DNA of 64,000 bases from Candidatus Saccharimonadales bacterium (GCA_035479795.1 DATIII010000002.1:7-64006), one strand, 5' to 3'; positions 38,290 to 47,962 are shown, counted from the stretch's first letter. Notes: a model not told the origin generated them from the sequence alone. Translations and numbers: made by a program.

Positions 38290-38360
38290 TAAAAAGGACC
38301 TCGCATTGAGGTCTTTTATCGAACGCGGAATATAATAAACCATAAGTGGTATTTTGTCAA
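38290..38360 (-). promoter_or_regulatory. Promoter followed by a leader terminator-like hairpin
   Basis: TTGACA-17-TATTAT, then AAAAGACCTCAATGCGAGGTCCTTTTTATT. Confidence 0.65.
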
Positions 38361-38403
38361 TACTTAACAGGTGGCTAGGTTTTCCCTACATCTGTAGAAT
38401 CAA

Positions 38404-38436
38404 CTTAAGCATTCTCTCAGGTCATAGGGCTAGGCT
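38404..38436 (+). promoter_or_regulatory. OmpR-family direct-repeat box plus -10 element
   Basis: CTTAAG-N5-TCTCAG then TAGGCT. Confidence 0.55.
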
Positions 38437-38461
38437 ATGATCAGTAAAAGGAATTACACCT

Positions 38462-38974
38462 ATGAAAGTTCGTAAATCATTAATTGTGGCCTGTGCGGCG
38501 GGTAGCCTTGGTCTGGCCAGTGTAGGCGCACTGGCTGCCACTAGCACAAACTCTTCCGGCAGTTTAGTGGATGATGTAACCAACCATTTCCATCTAAACA
38601 AATCAGAGGTCCAGCAGGTATTTGATAATCATCGAAAAACCGAGAAGGCCAATCACGAGCAGAAATATGAAGATAGGCTAAACCAGGCCGTCAAGGATGG
38701 CAAGCTGACATCGGATCAGAAAGATAAAATTCTGGCCAAGCACAAAGAGATGATCAGCTTTATGGAGTCACTAAAGGATAAGACGCCACAAGAGCGCCAC
38801 GACGCTATGAAGACTAAGATGGACGAGCTAAAAACCTGGGAGAAAGATAATAACATCCCAGTGGGTTACCTGGGCGGACCGGGAATGGGGCATCATGGTT
38901 TCGGACACGGGCCGAAAGGTGATGGACCAGGTGAGGGGATAGGCATGCGCATGATGGACGGCGAGCCTCGATAA
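38462..38974 (+). CDS. Secreted helical hypothetical protein with Gly/His/Met-rich tail
   Basis: Signal peptide ending ALA; RLNQAVKDGKLT.DQ motif; SD AAGGA. Confidence 0.85.
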   Translation: MKVRKSLIVACAAGSLGLASVGALAATSTNSSGSLVDDVTNHFHLNKSEVQQVFDNHRKTEKANHEQKYEDRLNQAVKDGKLTSDQKDKILAKHKEMISFMESLKDKTPQERHDAMKTKMDELKTWEKDNNIPVGYLGGPGMGHHGFGHGPKGDGPGEGIGMRMMDGEPR

Positions 38975-39035
38975 ATATAATAAATAAAGACTTGTCTCGG
39001 AGGCCGGCGATATTGCCGGCCTCCTTTTGGTATGA

Positions 39036-39533
39036 CTAGCTGCCCCAGCAGGTCTGGCAACCACCCCAGTCACGCCTGGTTAGCCCATCGCTACGAAAAG
39101 CAGATACGGCCGGAGGCGATACCGCACTCTCAGGCGGCGGCACAGCCCACATCTCCGGATCGAACTTGATGCCGTGGTCCTGCATGAACGCGACGGTCGA
39201 CGTCACGTCGCGAGCCGTTATCTGCGCAGACGGGTCATCGTTAGGCTCATGGTGAATGAACCGTCGAGCCACCTGGTGGAAGAACACGGTGTAGTTGGTG
39301 GTGTAAAGCAAAAAGGCGTGCCAGCCGATGTCAATCTTCCCGGATGGTGTAAAGGCCTCGTCGGGATGATCGCCACACAGCTTGAGGAAGCCGAGAGTGG
39401 CGTCCATGATCCGTTCGGCCTCCCTGACGCTGGTTCCGTGATCTTTACAGATCCGACCGGTCAGTCGCAGCCAGAGGATGGAGTCGATCAGGTCCCGATA
39501 AAGGAACTGTCGAGGTTCGGCGCGAGTGGGCAT
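39036..39533 (-). CDS. Glycine-rich-domain (GRDP/DUF1399-like) protein (orphan islet)
   Basis: PSGKIDIGWHAFLLYT..Y..F....RFIHHEP motif; promoter TTGACG-17-TATAAA at 39568-39596. Confidence 0.75.
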   Translation of the reverse strand: MPTRAEPRQFLYRDLIDSILWLRLTGRICKDHGTSVREAERIMDATLGFLKLCGDHPDEAFTPSGKIDIGWHAFLLYTTNYTVFFHQVARRFIHHEPNDDPSAQITARDVTSTVAFMQDHGIKFDPEMWAVPPPESAVSPPAVSAFRSDGLTRRDWGGCQTCWGS

Positions 39534-39628
39534 AACAACTCACTTTCGTCGTTTGATGCGCGACAAATTTATACCACTATGTACCCAAGGCGTCAATGTG
39601 AGATAATTGAAATCAAAAGGAGAATACA

Positions 39629-39799
39629 ATGAGAAAAAGTGCATTTGGTGGTGGATTTTACTTCCTAGTATTCATAGGAGCTTCAGTCTATTACCTCGAA
39701 AACGCCCACAGCTTTGGTCAAGGCTTTATTGGCTTGGTAAAGGCATTATTTTGGCCGGCCGTGGTGGCCTTCCAAGCCTTTACTCTGATGCATATGTAA
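39629..39799 (+). CDS. Small two-helix membrane protein (56 aa)
   Basis: MRKSAFGGGFYFLVFIGASVYY...GLVKALFWPAVVAFQAF; SD AAGGAG; below the ORF-track cutoff. Confidence 0.75.
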   Translation: MRKSAFGGGFYFLVFIGASVYYLENAHSFGQGFIGLVKALFWPAVVAFQAFTLMHM

Positions 39800-39828
39800 T
39801 TTTGCCCTCTTGGAGCTATAATTAAGCC

Positions 39829-40617
39829 ATGAGAGCTCTCTGGACTGGGTCCCTTAGCTTTGGCTTAATCAACATCCCCGTACGGCTATATTCGGGTAGT
39901 GAGTCACGGGGTGGTATTGAGCTGACCATGCTTCATAAAAAGGACCTTTCACCAATCCGTTATGCCCGAATTTGCCGCGCCGACGGCAAGGAAATTCCGT
40001 TCGACCAGATTGTAAAGGGCTACGAGTACCAGGAAGGTGACTACGTGGTGCTAACCGATGACGATCTGAAAAAGGCCAATGCCCGGCGGACCAAGAGCAT
40101 TGATATCGAAGAGTTTGTGCACGAGGATGAGATTGATGTGCGCTACTACGAAAAGCCATACTATCTAGAACCTGATAAAAATGCGGCCAAACCTTACGCT
40201 CTGCTACGAGAGGCTTTGAATAAAAGCGGACGCGTGGCGATTGCCAAGTTTGTGCTGCGCAATAAGGAGCATTTAGCCGCCGTTAAACCGGTTGGCAAGG
40301 TATTGGTTCTGGAGCAAATGCGCTTTCCATCAGATCTGCGAGCGCCATCCAAGCTAGATATCCCGGAAGCCTCAGCCGCCACCAAAAAGGAGATTGATAT
40401 GGCCCTGGCGCTGATTGATCAACTGAGTGCGCCATTTATACCTGAAGATTTTCACGACACCTATACCGAGGAACTCGAAGCACTGATTGAAGCCAAAGCT
40501 AAAGGCAAAAAGCCCAAAGCCGCTGGACCAGCACCCAAGGCCACACCGAGTAAAGACCTAATGAGCATGCTCAAGGCCAGCCTAGAGAAGGAGCGCGACA
40601 AAGCCGCGTCCAAATAA
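39829..40617 (+). CDS. ku: Non-homologous end-joining protein Ku
   Basis: MRALWTGSLSFGLINIPVRLY, KGYEY, YYEKPYYL.P, DLMSMLKASL. Confidence 0.96.
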   Translation: MRALWTGSLSFGLINIPVRLYSGSESRGGIELTMLHKKDLSPIRYARICRADGKEIPFDQIVKGYEYQEGDYVVLTDDDLKKANARRTKSIDIEEFVHEDEIDVRYYEKPYYLEPDKNAAKPYALLREALNKSGRVAIAKFVLRNKEHLAAVKPVGKVLVLEQMRFPSDLRAPSKLDIPEASAATKKEIDMALALIDQLSAPFIPEDFHDTYTEELEALIEAKAKGKKPKAAGPAPKATPSKDLMSMLKASLEKERDKAASK

Positions 40618-43062
40618 ATGGCCCTGGCCGAATATAAAAAGAAGCGGACATTCAAGAGTAGTCCTGAACCGGCTGGCAAATTACATAAGCCGGAAAAGCA
40701 CTTGCGATTTGTGGTCCAAAAACACCACGCCAGCCAGCTCCATTATGATTTTCGACTAGAGCTCGATGGCGTCTTAAAGAGCTGGGCGGTGCCCAAGGGC
40801 CCCTCTTTAAATCCAGATGACAAGCGACTAGCTATGATGGTCGAAGATCACCCCTATGAGTACCGGGATTTCGAAGGGGTTATTCCGAAAGGCAATTATG
40901 GCGCCGGCAAGGTGATCGTATGGGACGAGGGTACTTATGAAGATTACGAGCAATCAAAAGATCTAAAAACTCAGATTAAAAATCTTCGCGCGGGACTAAA
41001 GAAAGGCGACTTTAAGTTTGTGCTGCATGGCCAAAAGCTGAATGGGGCCTACGTGTTGGCTAAGATGCAGGGTCGGGGTGAAAATAATTGGCTACTGATC
41101 AAGAAAAAGGACGATTTTGCCACCGCTGAGGATGTGACCAAACAAGGCGAATCTGTAAAATCCGGCCTGGACGTAGAAGCGGTCGGTGATGTTCCGGGCA
41201 AAAAATGGCTCAAGACGCCGAAGTTAAATCTGAAAGACGCTCCTAAGGCCACCCAACCAGGCAAGCTAGAACCGATGCTGGCGACATTATCAAAGGAAGC
41301 ATTTGACGGTCCGGACTGGCTGTATGAGATCAAGTGGGACGGCTACCGAATATTGGCGCATCTGGGAGACGGTGAGGTGAAACTACTTAGCCGCAATGGC
41401 AAAGACTACACCGAAGTGTTCGCGCCGATTGCAACGGAGCTATCAAGCTTGAAATTAAATGCCATCTTGGACGGCGAGATCGTGGTCTTGGACAAGGATG
41501 GCAAAAGTGACTTTGGGGCCCTCCAGGATTACCAAAAAACGGGTGCGGGCCATCTGGTATACGAGGTTTTTGACGCTCCTTTTGCAGATGGTCACGACCT
41601 TCGCGAACTCTCATTGACTAAGCGAAAGGAGATCGTCGCCGAAGCCATAGAGGATCTGGAAAACGTCCGCTATAGCGACCACATTACCGGAGGCGGCAAG
41701 GCCTTCTTCGCCCAGGCCGAAAAGCTGGGCTTGGAAGGCATAATGGCTAAACAAAATGACAGCCAATACTTAAATGGCAAACGGGGACAAAGTTGGCTGA
41801 AGATTAAGACCCACCAACGGCAGGAGGTGGTGGTTGGCGGCTGGACAGAGCCGCGCGGCGGTCGCAAAGGTATGGGCGCCCTTATTGTTGGCGTTTATGA
41901 GGAGAAGAGTCTACGCTACGTCGGTAATGTTGGTGGCGGATTTACTGAAAAGAGCATTGATGACATTTTGGTAAAATTGAAGCTCTTGGAGCGCAGGACA
42001 TCACCCTTTAGCGGGCCAGTCAAAAATGATACTGCCATCCATTGGGTGAAGCCCGATCTGTTAGCCGAGGTAAAGTTTGCCGAATGGACAGGGGACGGCC
42101 ATCTGCGGCAGCCGATATTCTTGGGACTGCGTGAAGATAAGGAGGCCCAGAAGGTGCAAAAGGAAGAAGCCATCGAACCAGGTGGGAAGTTTACACCGAC
42201 TCATCGCGATAAGGTATTTTGGCCCAAGGAAAAATACACCAAGGGTGACGTGATTGATTATTACGATGCCGTATCTGCCACCATCCTGCCGCACCTGGTT
42301 TATCGGCCGCAGTCAATGAATCGTCATCCGAACGGCATTAAGGGGGCTAGCTTCTTTCAGAAGGATGTCGAAAAACACCCTGATTGGGTCAAAACCAAAC
42401 CGATTTACTCAGAGTCAAACGATGGGGATATTAACTGGCTGATCTGTAACGACCGCGACACACTGTTATACATGGCCAATTTGGGCTGTATTGAGCTCAA
42501 CCCCTGGCACTCGCGCACCGCTAGCTTGGATAAGCCAGATTACTGTTTGATCGACCTTGATGCCAAGACCACCAAATTTGAAGTCGTTGTCGAAGTGGCC
42601 AAAGCGGCTAAGAAGCTACTAGATGAGATTAGCGCCGATTGCTTTGTAAAAACTTCTGGAAAAACTGGCATGCACATATTGATACCGCTAGGTGCTAAAT
42701 ATTCCTATGAACAATCCCGGCAATTTGCACAATTAATTGTTGGCAAATTGAATGAAAGATTGCCGAAGATAACCAGCGTGGAGCGCAATCCAGATAAACG
42801 TCGCGGTAAGATCTATCTGGATTACCTACAAAACCGCAAAGGCCAGACGATGGCAGCCGCCTACTGCCTGCGACCCGTCGAAGGCGCCCCCGTTAGCGCC
42901 CCTCTTAAATGGAGCGAAGTTAAGAAGGGCCTTGATCCCCGAAAATTCAACATAAAAACTATGCCAGCTCGTATCAAGAAAGTCGGTGATCTTCATAATG
43001 GCCTTACTGGTCACAGAGGCATTGATATGATGAAATGCCTCAAAAATCTCGAAAAGTCTTAA
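40618..43062 (+). CDS. ligD: DNA ligase D (phosphoesterase-ligase-polymerase)
   Basis: FVVQKHHAS.LHYDFRLE, EIKWDGYR, EGIMAK, DLD, KTSGKTGMH, YLDYLQN. Confidence 0.96.
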   Translation: MALAEYKKKRTFKSSPEPAGKLHKPEKHLRFVVQKHHASQLHYDFRLELDGVLKSWAVPKGPSLNPDDKRLAMMVEDHPYEYRDFEGVIPKGNYGAGKVIVWDEGTYEDYEQSKDLKTQIKNLRAGLKKGDFKFVLHGQKLNGAYVLAKMQGRGENNWLLIKKKDDFATAEDVTKQGESVKSGLDVEAVGDVPGKKWLKTPKLNLKDAPKATQPGKLEPMLATLSKEAFDGPDWLYEIKWDGYRILAHLGDGEVKLLSRNGKDYTEVFAPIATELSSLKLNAILDGEIVVLDKDGKSDFGALQDYQKTGAGHLVYEVFDAPFADGHDLRELSLTKRKEIVAEAIEDLENVRYSDHITGGGKAFFAQAEKLGLEGIMAKQNDSQYLNGKRGQSWLKIKTHQRQEVVVGGWTEPRGGRKGMGALIVGVYEEKSLRYVGNVGGGFTEKSIDDILVKLKLLERRTSPFSGPVKNDTAIHWVKPDLLAEVKFAEWTGDGHLRQPIFLGLREDKEAQKVQKEEAIEPGGKFTPTHRDKVFWPKEKYTKGDVIDYYDAVSATILPHLVYRPQSMNRHPNGIKGASFFQKDVEKHPDWVKTKPIYSESNDGDINWLICNDRDTLLYMANLGCIELNPWHSRTASLDKPDYCLIDLDAKTTKFEVVVEVAKAAKKLLDEISADCFVKTSGKTGMHILIPLGAKYSYEQSRQFAQLIVGKLNERLPKITSVERNPDKRRGKIYLDYLQNRKGQTMAAAYCLRPVEGAPVSAPLKWSEVKKGLDPRKFNIKTMPARIKKVGDLHNGLTGHRGIDMMKCLKNLEKS

Positions 43063-43125
43063 TAAATAGATGTGGAGAAAAATAGGGTTGCGCCGCGATG
43101 ACTCTTTATTTAATGTATAGCGGAT

Positions 43126-45423
43126 ATGGCCAAGAATCTAGTAATAGTTGAGTCACCAGCCAAGGCAGCAACCGTTCAAAAGTTCCTAAATAAGGATACA
43201 TATGAGGTAGCGGCCAGTGTTGGTCATGTCCGTGATTTGCCCAAAAAGGGCATGTCCATCGACATCGATCACGGCTTTGCCCCAACGTACGAAATTAACG
43301 CCGATAAGAAAAAGGTAGTATCGGAGCTCAAGAAGAAGGCCAAAGCAGCTGATCATGTCTGGCTGGCCAGCGATCCCGATCGCGAAGGAGAGGCTATAGC
43401 CTGGCATCTTAGCCAGGCGCTGGCGCTCAAGCCTGATCAAACCAAACGCGTGGTGTTTCGCGAGTTCACTCAATCAGCTGTGAAGTCGGCTATGGACTCG
43501 CCTCGAGCCGTCGATGAGCATCTGGTAGACGCCCAACAAGCCCGGCGAGTACTGGACCGTTTGGTCGGTTATGAGTTATCGCCGATTCTCTGGAAGAAGA
43601 TTCAGACCGGCCTAAGTGCCGGACGCGTGCAATCGGTGGCAGTACGATTGATTGTAGAGCGCGAGCGCGAGATTGAAAATTTTGAAGCCAAATCGTCATT
43701 TAAGGTTATAGGCCTATTTGACGCCGATGGTGCCAGGCTTAAGGCTGAACTGACCAAAAAATTGGCCACCGAAGATGAAGCTCGCAAAGTATTAGAAGCA
43801 CTTGCTAATGACAGTTTTAAAGTAACGGCACTGGATCAAAAGCCGGCCACGCGCAACCCGGCCCCTCCGTTTACCACTTCGACCTTACAGCAGGAGGCCA
43901 GCCGCAAGCTATCATTTAGCGTTCGTCAGACAATGAGCGTAGCCCAAAAACTTTACGAGCAGGGTTTTATTACTTATATGCGTACTGATTCAGTCAATCT
44001 TTCTGCAACGGCTATTAACGCCGCACTGAAGGTTATTGAAAAAGAGTACGGCAAGGAATATGCCAAACAGCGCACCTACACCACCAAAACGGCCGGCGCC
44101 CAGGAGGCCCATGAAGCCATCCGGCCAACCGACTTTAGCCGGCAAACGATTAGTGGCGATCGCAACCAGGAGAGGTTGTACGAGCTAATTTGGAAGCGAG
44201 CGATTGCCACACAGATGGCGGAAGCAAAATTGGAAAAGACGATTGTCACCGTCAGCGGCACACCCAGCGGTAGTGAATTTAAGGCGCAGGCTGAAACCAT
44301 CCAGTTTGATGGATTTCTCAAAGTTTATATGGAGGGCCGCGACGAGGAGGACGAGACCGAAGAAAACTTGCTACCAGCTCTCAAGCCTAGCCAAGACCTG
44401 CCCCTCCTAGAGGCCTCCGCCAAGCAGACCTACGACCGCCCAAAGCCCCGTTACTCGGAAGCTATGCTGGTGCGCAAACTGGAAGAAATGGGCATTGGTC
44501 GGCCGTCTACCTATGCACCCACGATCTCGACCATTCAAGATAGAGGCTATGTTGAAAAAGCCGACATTGAGGGCAAGGAACGCTCCAGCATCGAGCTGAA
44601 ACTGACTGACGGCAAAATCGATCGCCAAGAAGTAACCGAAACTTACGGCGCCGATCGAGCCAAACTGCTACCAACGGCCGTTGCCATGTTGGTTACCGAC
44701 TTTCTTGTTAAGTATTTCCCTAACATTGTCGACTTTGACTTCACGGCGAAGGCCGAGGGGGAGTTCGATGAAATCGCTGATGGTAAGAAGGCTTGGAATG
44801 CTATGATTGCCGAATTTTACGGCCCATTTCATGAAACCGTCGTGGCCGCCGAAGGTGTCAGCCGGCAAGAAGCCTCACAGGCCAGGGAACTGGGTACCGA
44901 CCCCAAAACCGGCAAGCCCGTAATAGCACGTTTGGGTCGATTCGGCCCAATGGTACAACTGGGGCGCGCTGAGGATGAAGAAAAACCAGTTTTTGCAGCT
45001 CTGCCAGCTGGCAAGCAGCTCCATACCGTTACTATGGAGGAGGCCATGGAGTTGCTGAGCCTGCCGCGGCTGGTCGGCCAGACTGAAGACGGCCAGGATA
45101 TCCAAGCCAACTTCGGCCGCTTTGGCCCTTATATTAAGGTCGGCACCACCTTTGTCTCAATTAAACCGGATGACCCCTTTAATATCACTCTCGAACGAGC
45201 TCGAGAACTGTGGACGGAAAAGCAATCAGCCGATGCTGCCAAAAACATCAATGAATTTCCTGGTGGAGTGAAGGTGCTTAATGGGCGGTTTGGGCCCTAT
45301 GTTACTGACGGCAAGAAGAATGCTAAAATTCCTAAAGGAACTGACCCTGCCAGCATTTCTGAGCAAGAAGCCAAGGCTTTACTGACGGCCGCAAAGCCAG
45401 CCAGACCCCGGCGGCGACGTTAA
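43126..45423 (+). CDS. topA: DNA topoisomerase I
   Basis: LVIVESPAKA, DPDREGE, SAGRVQS, ITYMRTDS; GRFGP C-terminal repeats. Confidence 0.97.
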   Translation: MAKNLVIVESPAKAATVQKFLNKDTYEVAASVGHVRDLPKKGMSIDIDHGFAPTYEINADKKKVVSELKKKAKAADHVWLASDPDREGEAIAWHLSQALALKPDQTKRVVFREFTQSAVKSAMDSPRAVDEHLVDAQQARRVLDRLVGYELSPILWKKIQTGLSAGRVQSVAVRLIVEREREIENFEAKSSFKVIGLFDADGARLKAELTKKLATEDEARKVLEALANDSFKVTALDQKPATRNPAPPFTTSTLQQEASRKLSFSVRQTMSVAQKLYEQGFITYMRTDSVNLSATAINAALKVIEKEYGKEYAKQRTYTTKTAGAQEAHEAIRPTDFSRQTISGDRNQERLYELIWKRAIATQMAEAKLEKTIVTVSGTPSGSEFKAQAETIQFDGFLKVYMEGRDEEDETEENLLPALKPSQDLPLLEASAKQTYDRPKPRYSEAMLVRKLEEMGIGRPSTYAPTISTIQDRGYVEKADIEGKERSSIELKLTDGKIDRQEVTETYGADRAKLLPTAVAMLVTDFLVKYFPNIVDFDFTAKAEGEFDEIADGKKAWNAMIAEFYGPFHETVVAAEGVSRQEASQARELGTDPKTGKPVIARLGRFGPMVQLGRAEDEEKPVFAALPAGKQLHTVTMEEAMELLSLPRLVGQTEDGQDIQANFGRFGPYIKVGTTFVSIKPDDPFNITLERARELWTEKQSADAAKNINEFPGGVKVLNGRFGPYVTDGKKNAKIPKGTDPASISEQEAKALLTAAKPARPRRRR

Positions 45424-45556
45424 TTCCTATCTTGTAAATCTGTACAATTGGTTGTACGCTAATTTGTGAAATCGTCTAAAGTCTGGTTGTTACAAGCTAG
45501 TCTTGTTGACCGAAAACTAATGTAATTACTAGAGGCGAGGAGTCGTTAGAAAAACT

Positions 45557-47890
45557 ATGGCAAAGCGACGCAAAAAAAAGCGGTCATTCTATAAAACGCG
45601 AAAGCCAGCGGTCGTTTTGGCAAGCCCTGAAATTATGCTACACATCCCGGCTGTTGTCCCCACGGGATGGGCCCTTATTAAATATGATGCCCCGGCCGTA
45701 ATACACGACATCGCCGAGCAGATCCGGCGAATACAACGAGCGCTTTGGAGTGTGCCCGCCAAGGCCGTTTATTACCTCGGTGCCATAACGGTCGGATTTG
45801 GCACCTTAGGGTTTGGAGCCGTAACCGCCTATGATACCCTCCAGCACTACGGACCAACTCTTAATAATCCAGCGGTAATAATGAATACCAAAAACACCGG
45901 CACGACCATTCTCGATCGCAATGGTGAGGTTTTATATCAGGGCTATGGAGCCGTCTTGCGTCACAATATACCGTACGAGGAAATGCCGACCAGTCTGAAG
46001 CAAGCCACCCTGGCGGCCGAAGATCCTGATTTTTACAAGCACCAGGGGTTCTCCTGGAAGGGAACGGCCCGAGCAGTCTACCAGGATGCTATTCATACCG
46101 GGAAGATCCAGGGCGGTTCGACCATTACCCAGCAGCTCGTCAAAAATACTCTGTTGTCATCCGAGAAGTCGTTTACGCGCAAGTACAAAGAAATCATTTT
46201 GTCGATACAGCTAGAGCACAATTACAGCAAAGACCAGATAATGCAGATGTATCTAAATACCATTTATTTCGGCCAAGGTGCCTATGGGGTAGAGTCGGCG
46301 GCTGAAACCTACTTCCATAAGTCACCCAAAAATTTAACTCTAGAAGAGAGCGCCCTCCTAGCGGGCCTACCGCAAAGTCCCAGTGTTTATGATCCGAACA
46401 TAAACCCTGATGGTGCCTTGGAAAGACGGAATTATGTGCTGCAGCGGATGCAAGAGCTTGGCTATATTTCTCCTCAGACAGCCAAAATAGCGGTAACCAG
46501 TGCCGTCCAAGCCGGGATTCGTGACTACACCATCAAAGCCCCTCATTTTGTTTTTTATGTACTGGACCAGCTGCGCAGCCAGTACGGATCGGAGATGGTC
46601 GAAAAGGGCGGTATTGTGGTCCACACTTCGCTGGACTATGCCAAGCAGCAGAAGGCCGAGGAGATAGTTAAAACCCAGGTCACGAAGCTAGCCGGGCATC
46701 ATGCCACCAACGGTGGGCTCGTATCGATTGATACCCATAATGGTGACATCCTGGCAATGGTCGGCAGTGCCAACTACGACAACCCCAACTTTGGGGCCGT
46801 CAATGTGACTTTGGCCCAATTGCAGCCAGGATCAAGCTTCAAACCCATCGCCTACGTAACGGCCTTTGCAAAGGGTTGGAATGGTGCAACTAAGGTGGAT
46901 GACAAACCAATCAAGCTGCCCCAGGGTGACGGTACGATTTATGCGCCCCAAAACTACGACCAGAAGTTCCGCGGGCCAGTAACTCTGCGCCGAGCACTGG
47001 CTAACTCACTCAATATCCCGGCCGTCGAAGTTCTTCAATATGCTGGGATTCACGACACGATTAACACTGCCCACGCGCTCGGTATTCAGGCTCCCAGCCT
47101 GACCGACGAAAGCCGGTATGGGATGAGCTTGGTGCTGGGGGGTGGGGAGGTCCGGCCGATCGATATGGCAGGAGTTTATGCCACCTTTGCTAACAAAGGG
47201 GTTTCGGTTCAACCGCGAGCCATTACCCGAGTTGAAGATCGATTTGGTAACAACATTACTCAGCCAAGGCATCAAAAGGCCAATCAAGCCGTTGATGGTC
47301 GGCTGGCCTACATGATTACTAATATTTTAAGCGACAATGGCGCCAGAACTGAAGAATTTGGGGCTAATTCACCCCTGAAGCTGAGCCGTCCAGCAGCCGC
47401 CAAGACGGGTACCACCAATGACTTTCGGGACAACTGGACTGTGGGTTACACGCCAGATATAGCCACAGCCGTCTGGGTAGGTAATAATGACCACACGCCT
47501 ATGCAGAATGTGGACGGCATTACTGGCGCCGCTCCAATTTGGCATGATTATATGGAAATGGCTCTCGCCGGTACTCCAGTAAATAACTTTGCTATACCAT
47601 CCGGCTTAGTCACGGCCAAGGTCTGTGCCACCGACGGCGGACTAGTCGACGACAACGATACTAAAGGCGTAACAGAAGTCTTCCTGGCTGAGGCTAAACC
47701 AACCCAGCACTGTGGCTGGTCCAGCCCGAAGCCCAAGCCAGTTTTGGTTCAGGCCGAAACACCGGCCGCTGCGCCGGCCCAAGTGGCGTCTGCGCCCGAG
47801 GAGGGGGGGAGAGGTGGAGGTGATCCGAGCCAGGATCAAAATCCTCCTACCCCGAATCCAGGGAATGTTCCGACGCCCCGAAAACCCTAA
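45557..47890 (+). CDS. Class A penicillin-binding protein (PBP1A family)
   Basis: AED..FY.HQG, QGGSTITQQLVKN, RKYKE, PGSSFK, SLN, KTGT. Confidence 0.95.
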   Translation: MAKRRKKKRSFYKTRKPAVVLASPEIMLHIPAVVPTGWALIKYDAPAVIHDIAEQIRRIQRALWSVPAKAVYYLGAITVGFGTLGFGAVTAYDTLQHYGPTLNNPAVIMNTKNTGTTILDRNGEVLYQGYGAVLRHNIPYEEMPTSLKQATLAAEDPDFYKHQGFSWKGTARAVYQDAIHTGKIQGGSTITQQLVKNTLLSSEKSFTRKYKEIILSIQLEHNYSKDQIMQMYLNTIYFGQGAYGVESAAETYFHKSPKNLTLEESALLAGLPQSPSVYDPNINPDGALERRNYVLQRMQELGYISPQTAKIAVTSAVQAGIRDYTIKAPHFVFYVLDQLRSQYGSEMVEKGGIVVHTSLDYAKQQKAEEIVKTQVTKLAGHHATNGGLVSIDTHNGDILAMVGSANYDNPNFGAVNVTLAQLQPGSSFKPIAYVTAFAKGWNGATKVDDKPIKLPQGDGTIYAPQNYDQKFRGPVTLRRALANSLNIPAVEVLQYAGIHDTINTAHALGIQAPSLTDESRYGMSLVLGGGEVRPIDMAGVYATFANKGVSVQPRAITRVEDRFGNNITQPRHQKANQAVDGRLAYMITNILSDNGARTEEFGANSPLKLSRPAAAKTGTTNDFRDNWTVGYTPDIATAVWVGNNDHTPMQNVDGITGAAPIWHDYMEMALAGTPVNNFAIPSGLVTAKVCATDGGLVDDNDTKGVTEVFLAEAKPTQHCGWSSPKPKPVLVQAETPAAAPAQVASAPEEGGRGGGDPSQDQNPPTPNPGNVPTPRKP

Positions 47891-47962
47891 ACAATCATTT
47901 ACTTTACCTCAATCCTGGATTCCGTGTTCTTAAATCCCCAAATCCTGCTCCTAAATCCTTAA

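Noticed and set aside
2492-39533. Integron cassette array explaining the orphan islets
   Set aside because: No intI, the units are dispersed and carry their own promoters, and flanking hairpins lack attC RYYYAAC/GTTRRRY ends
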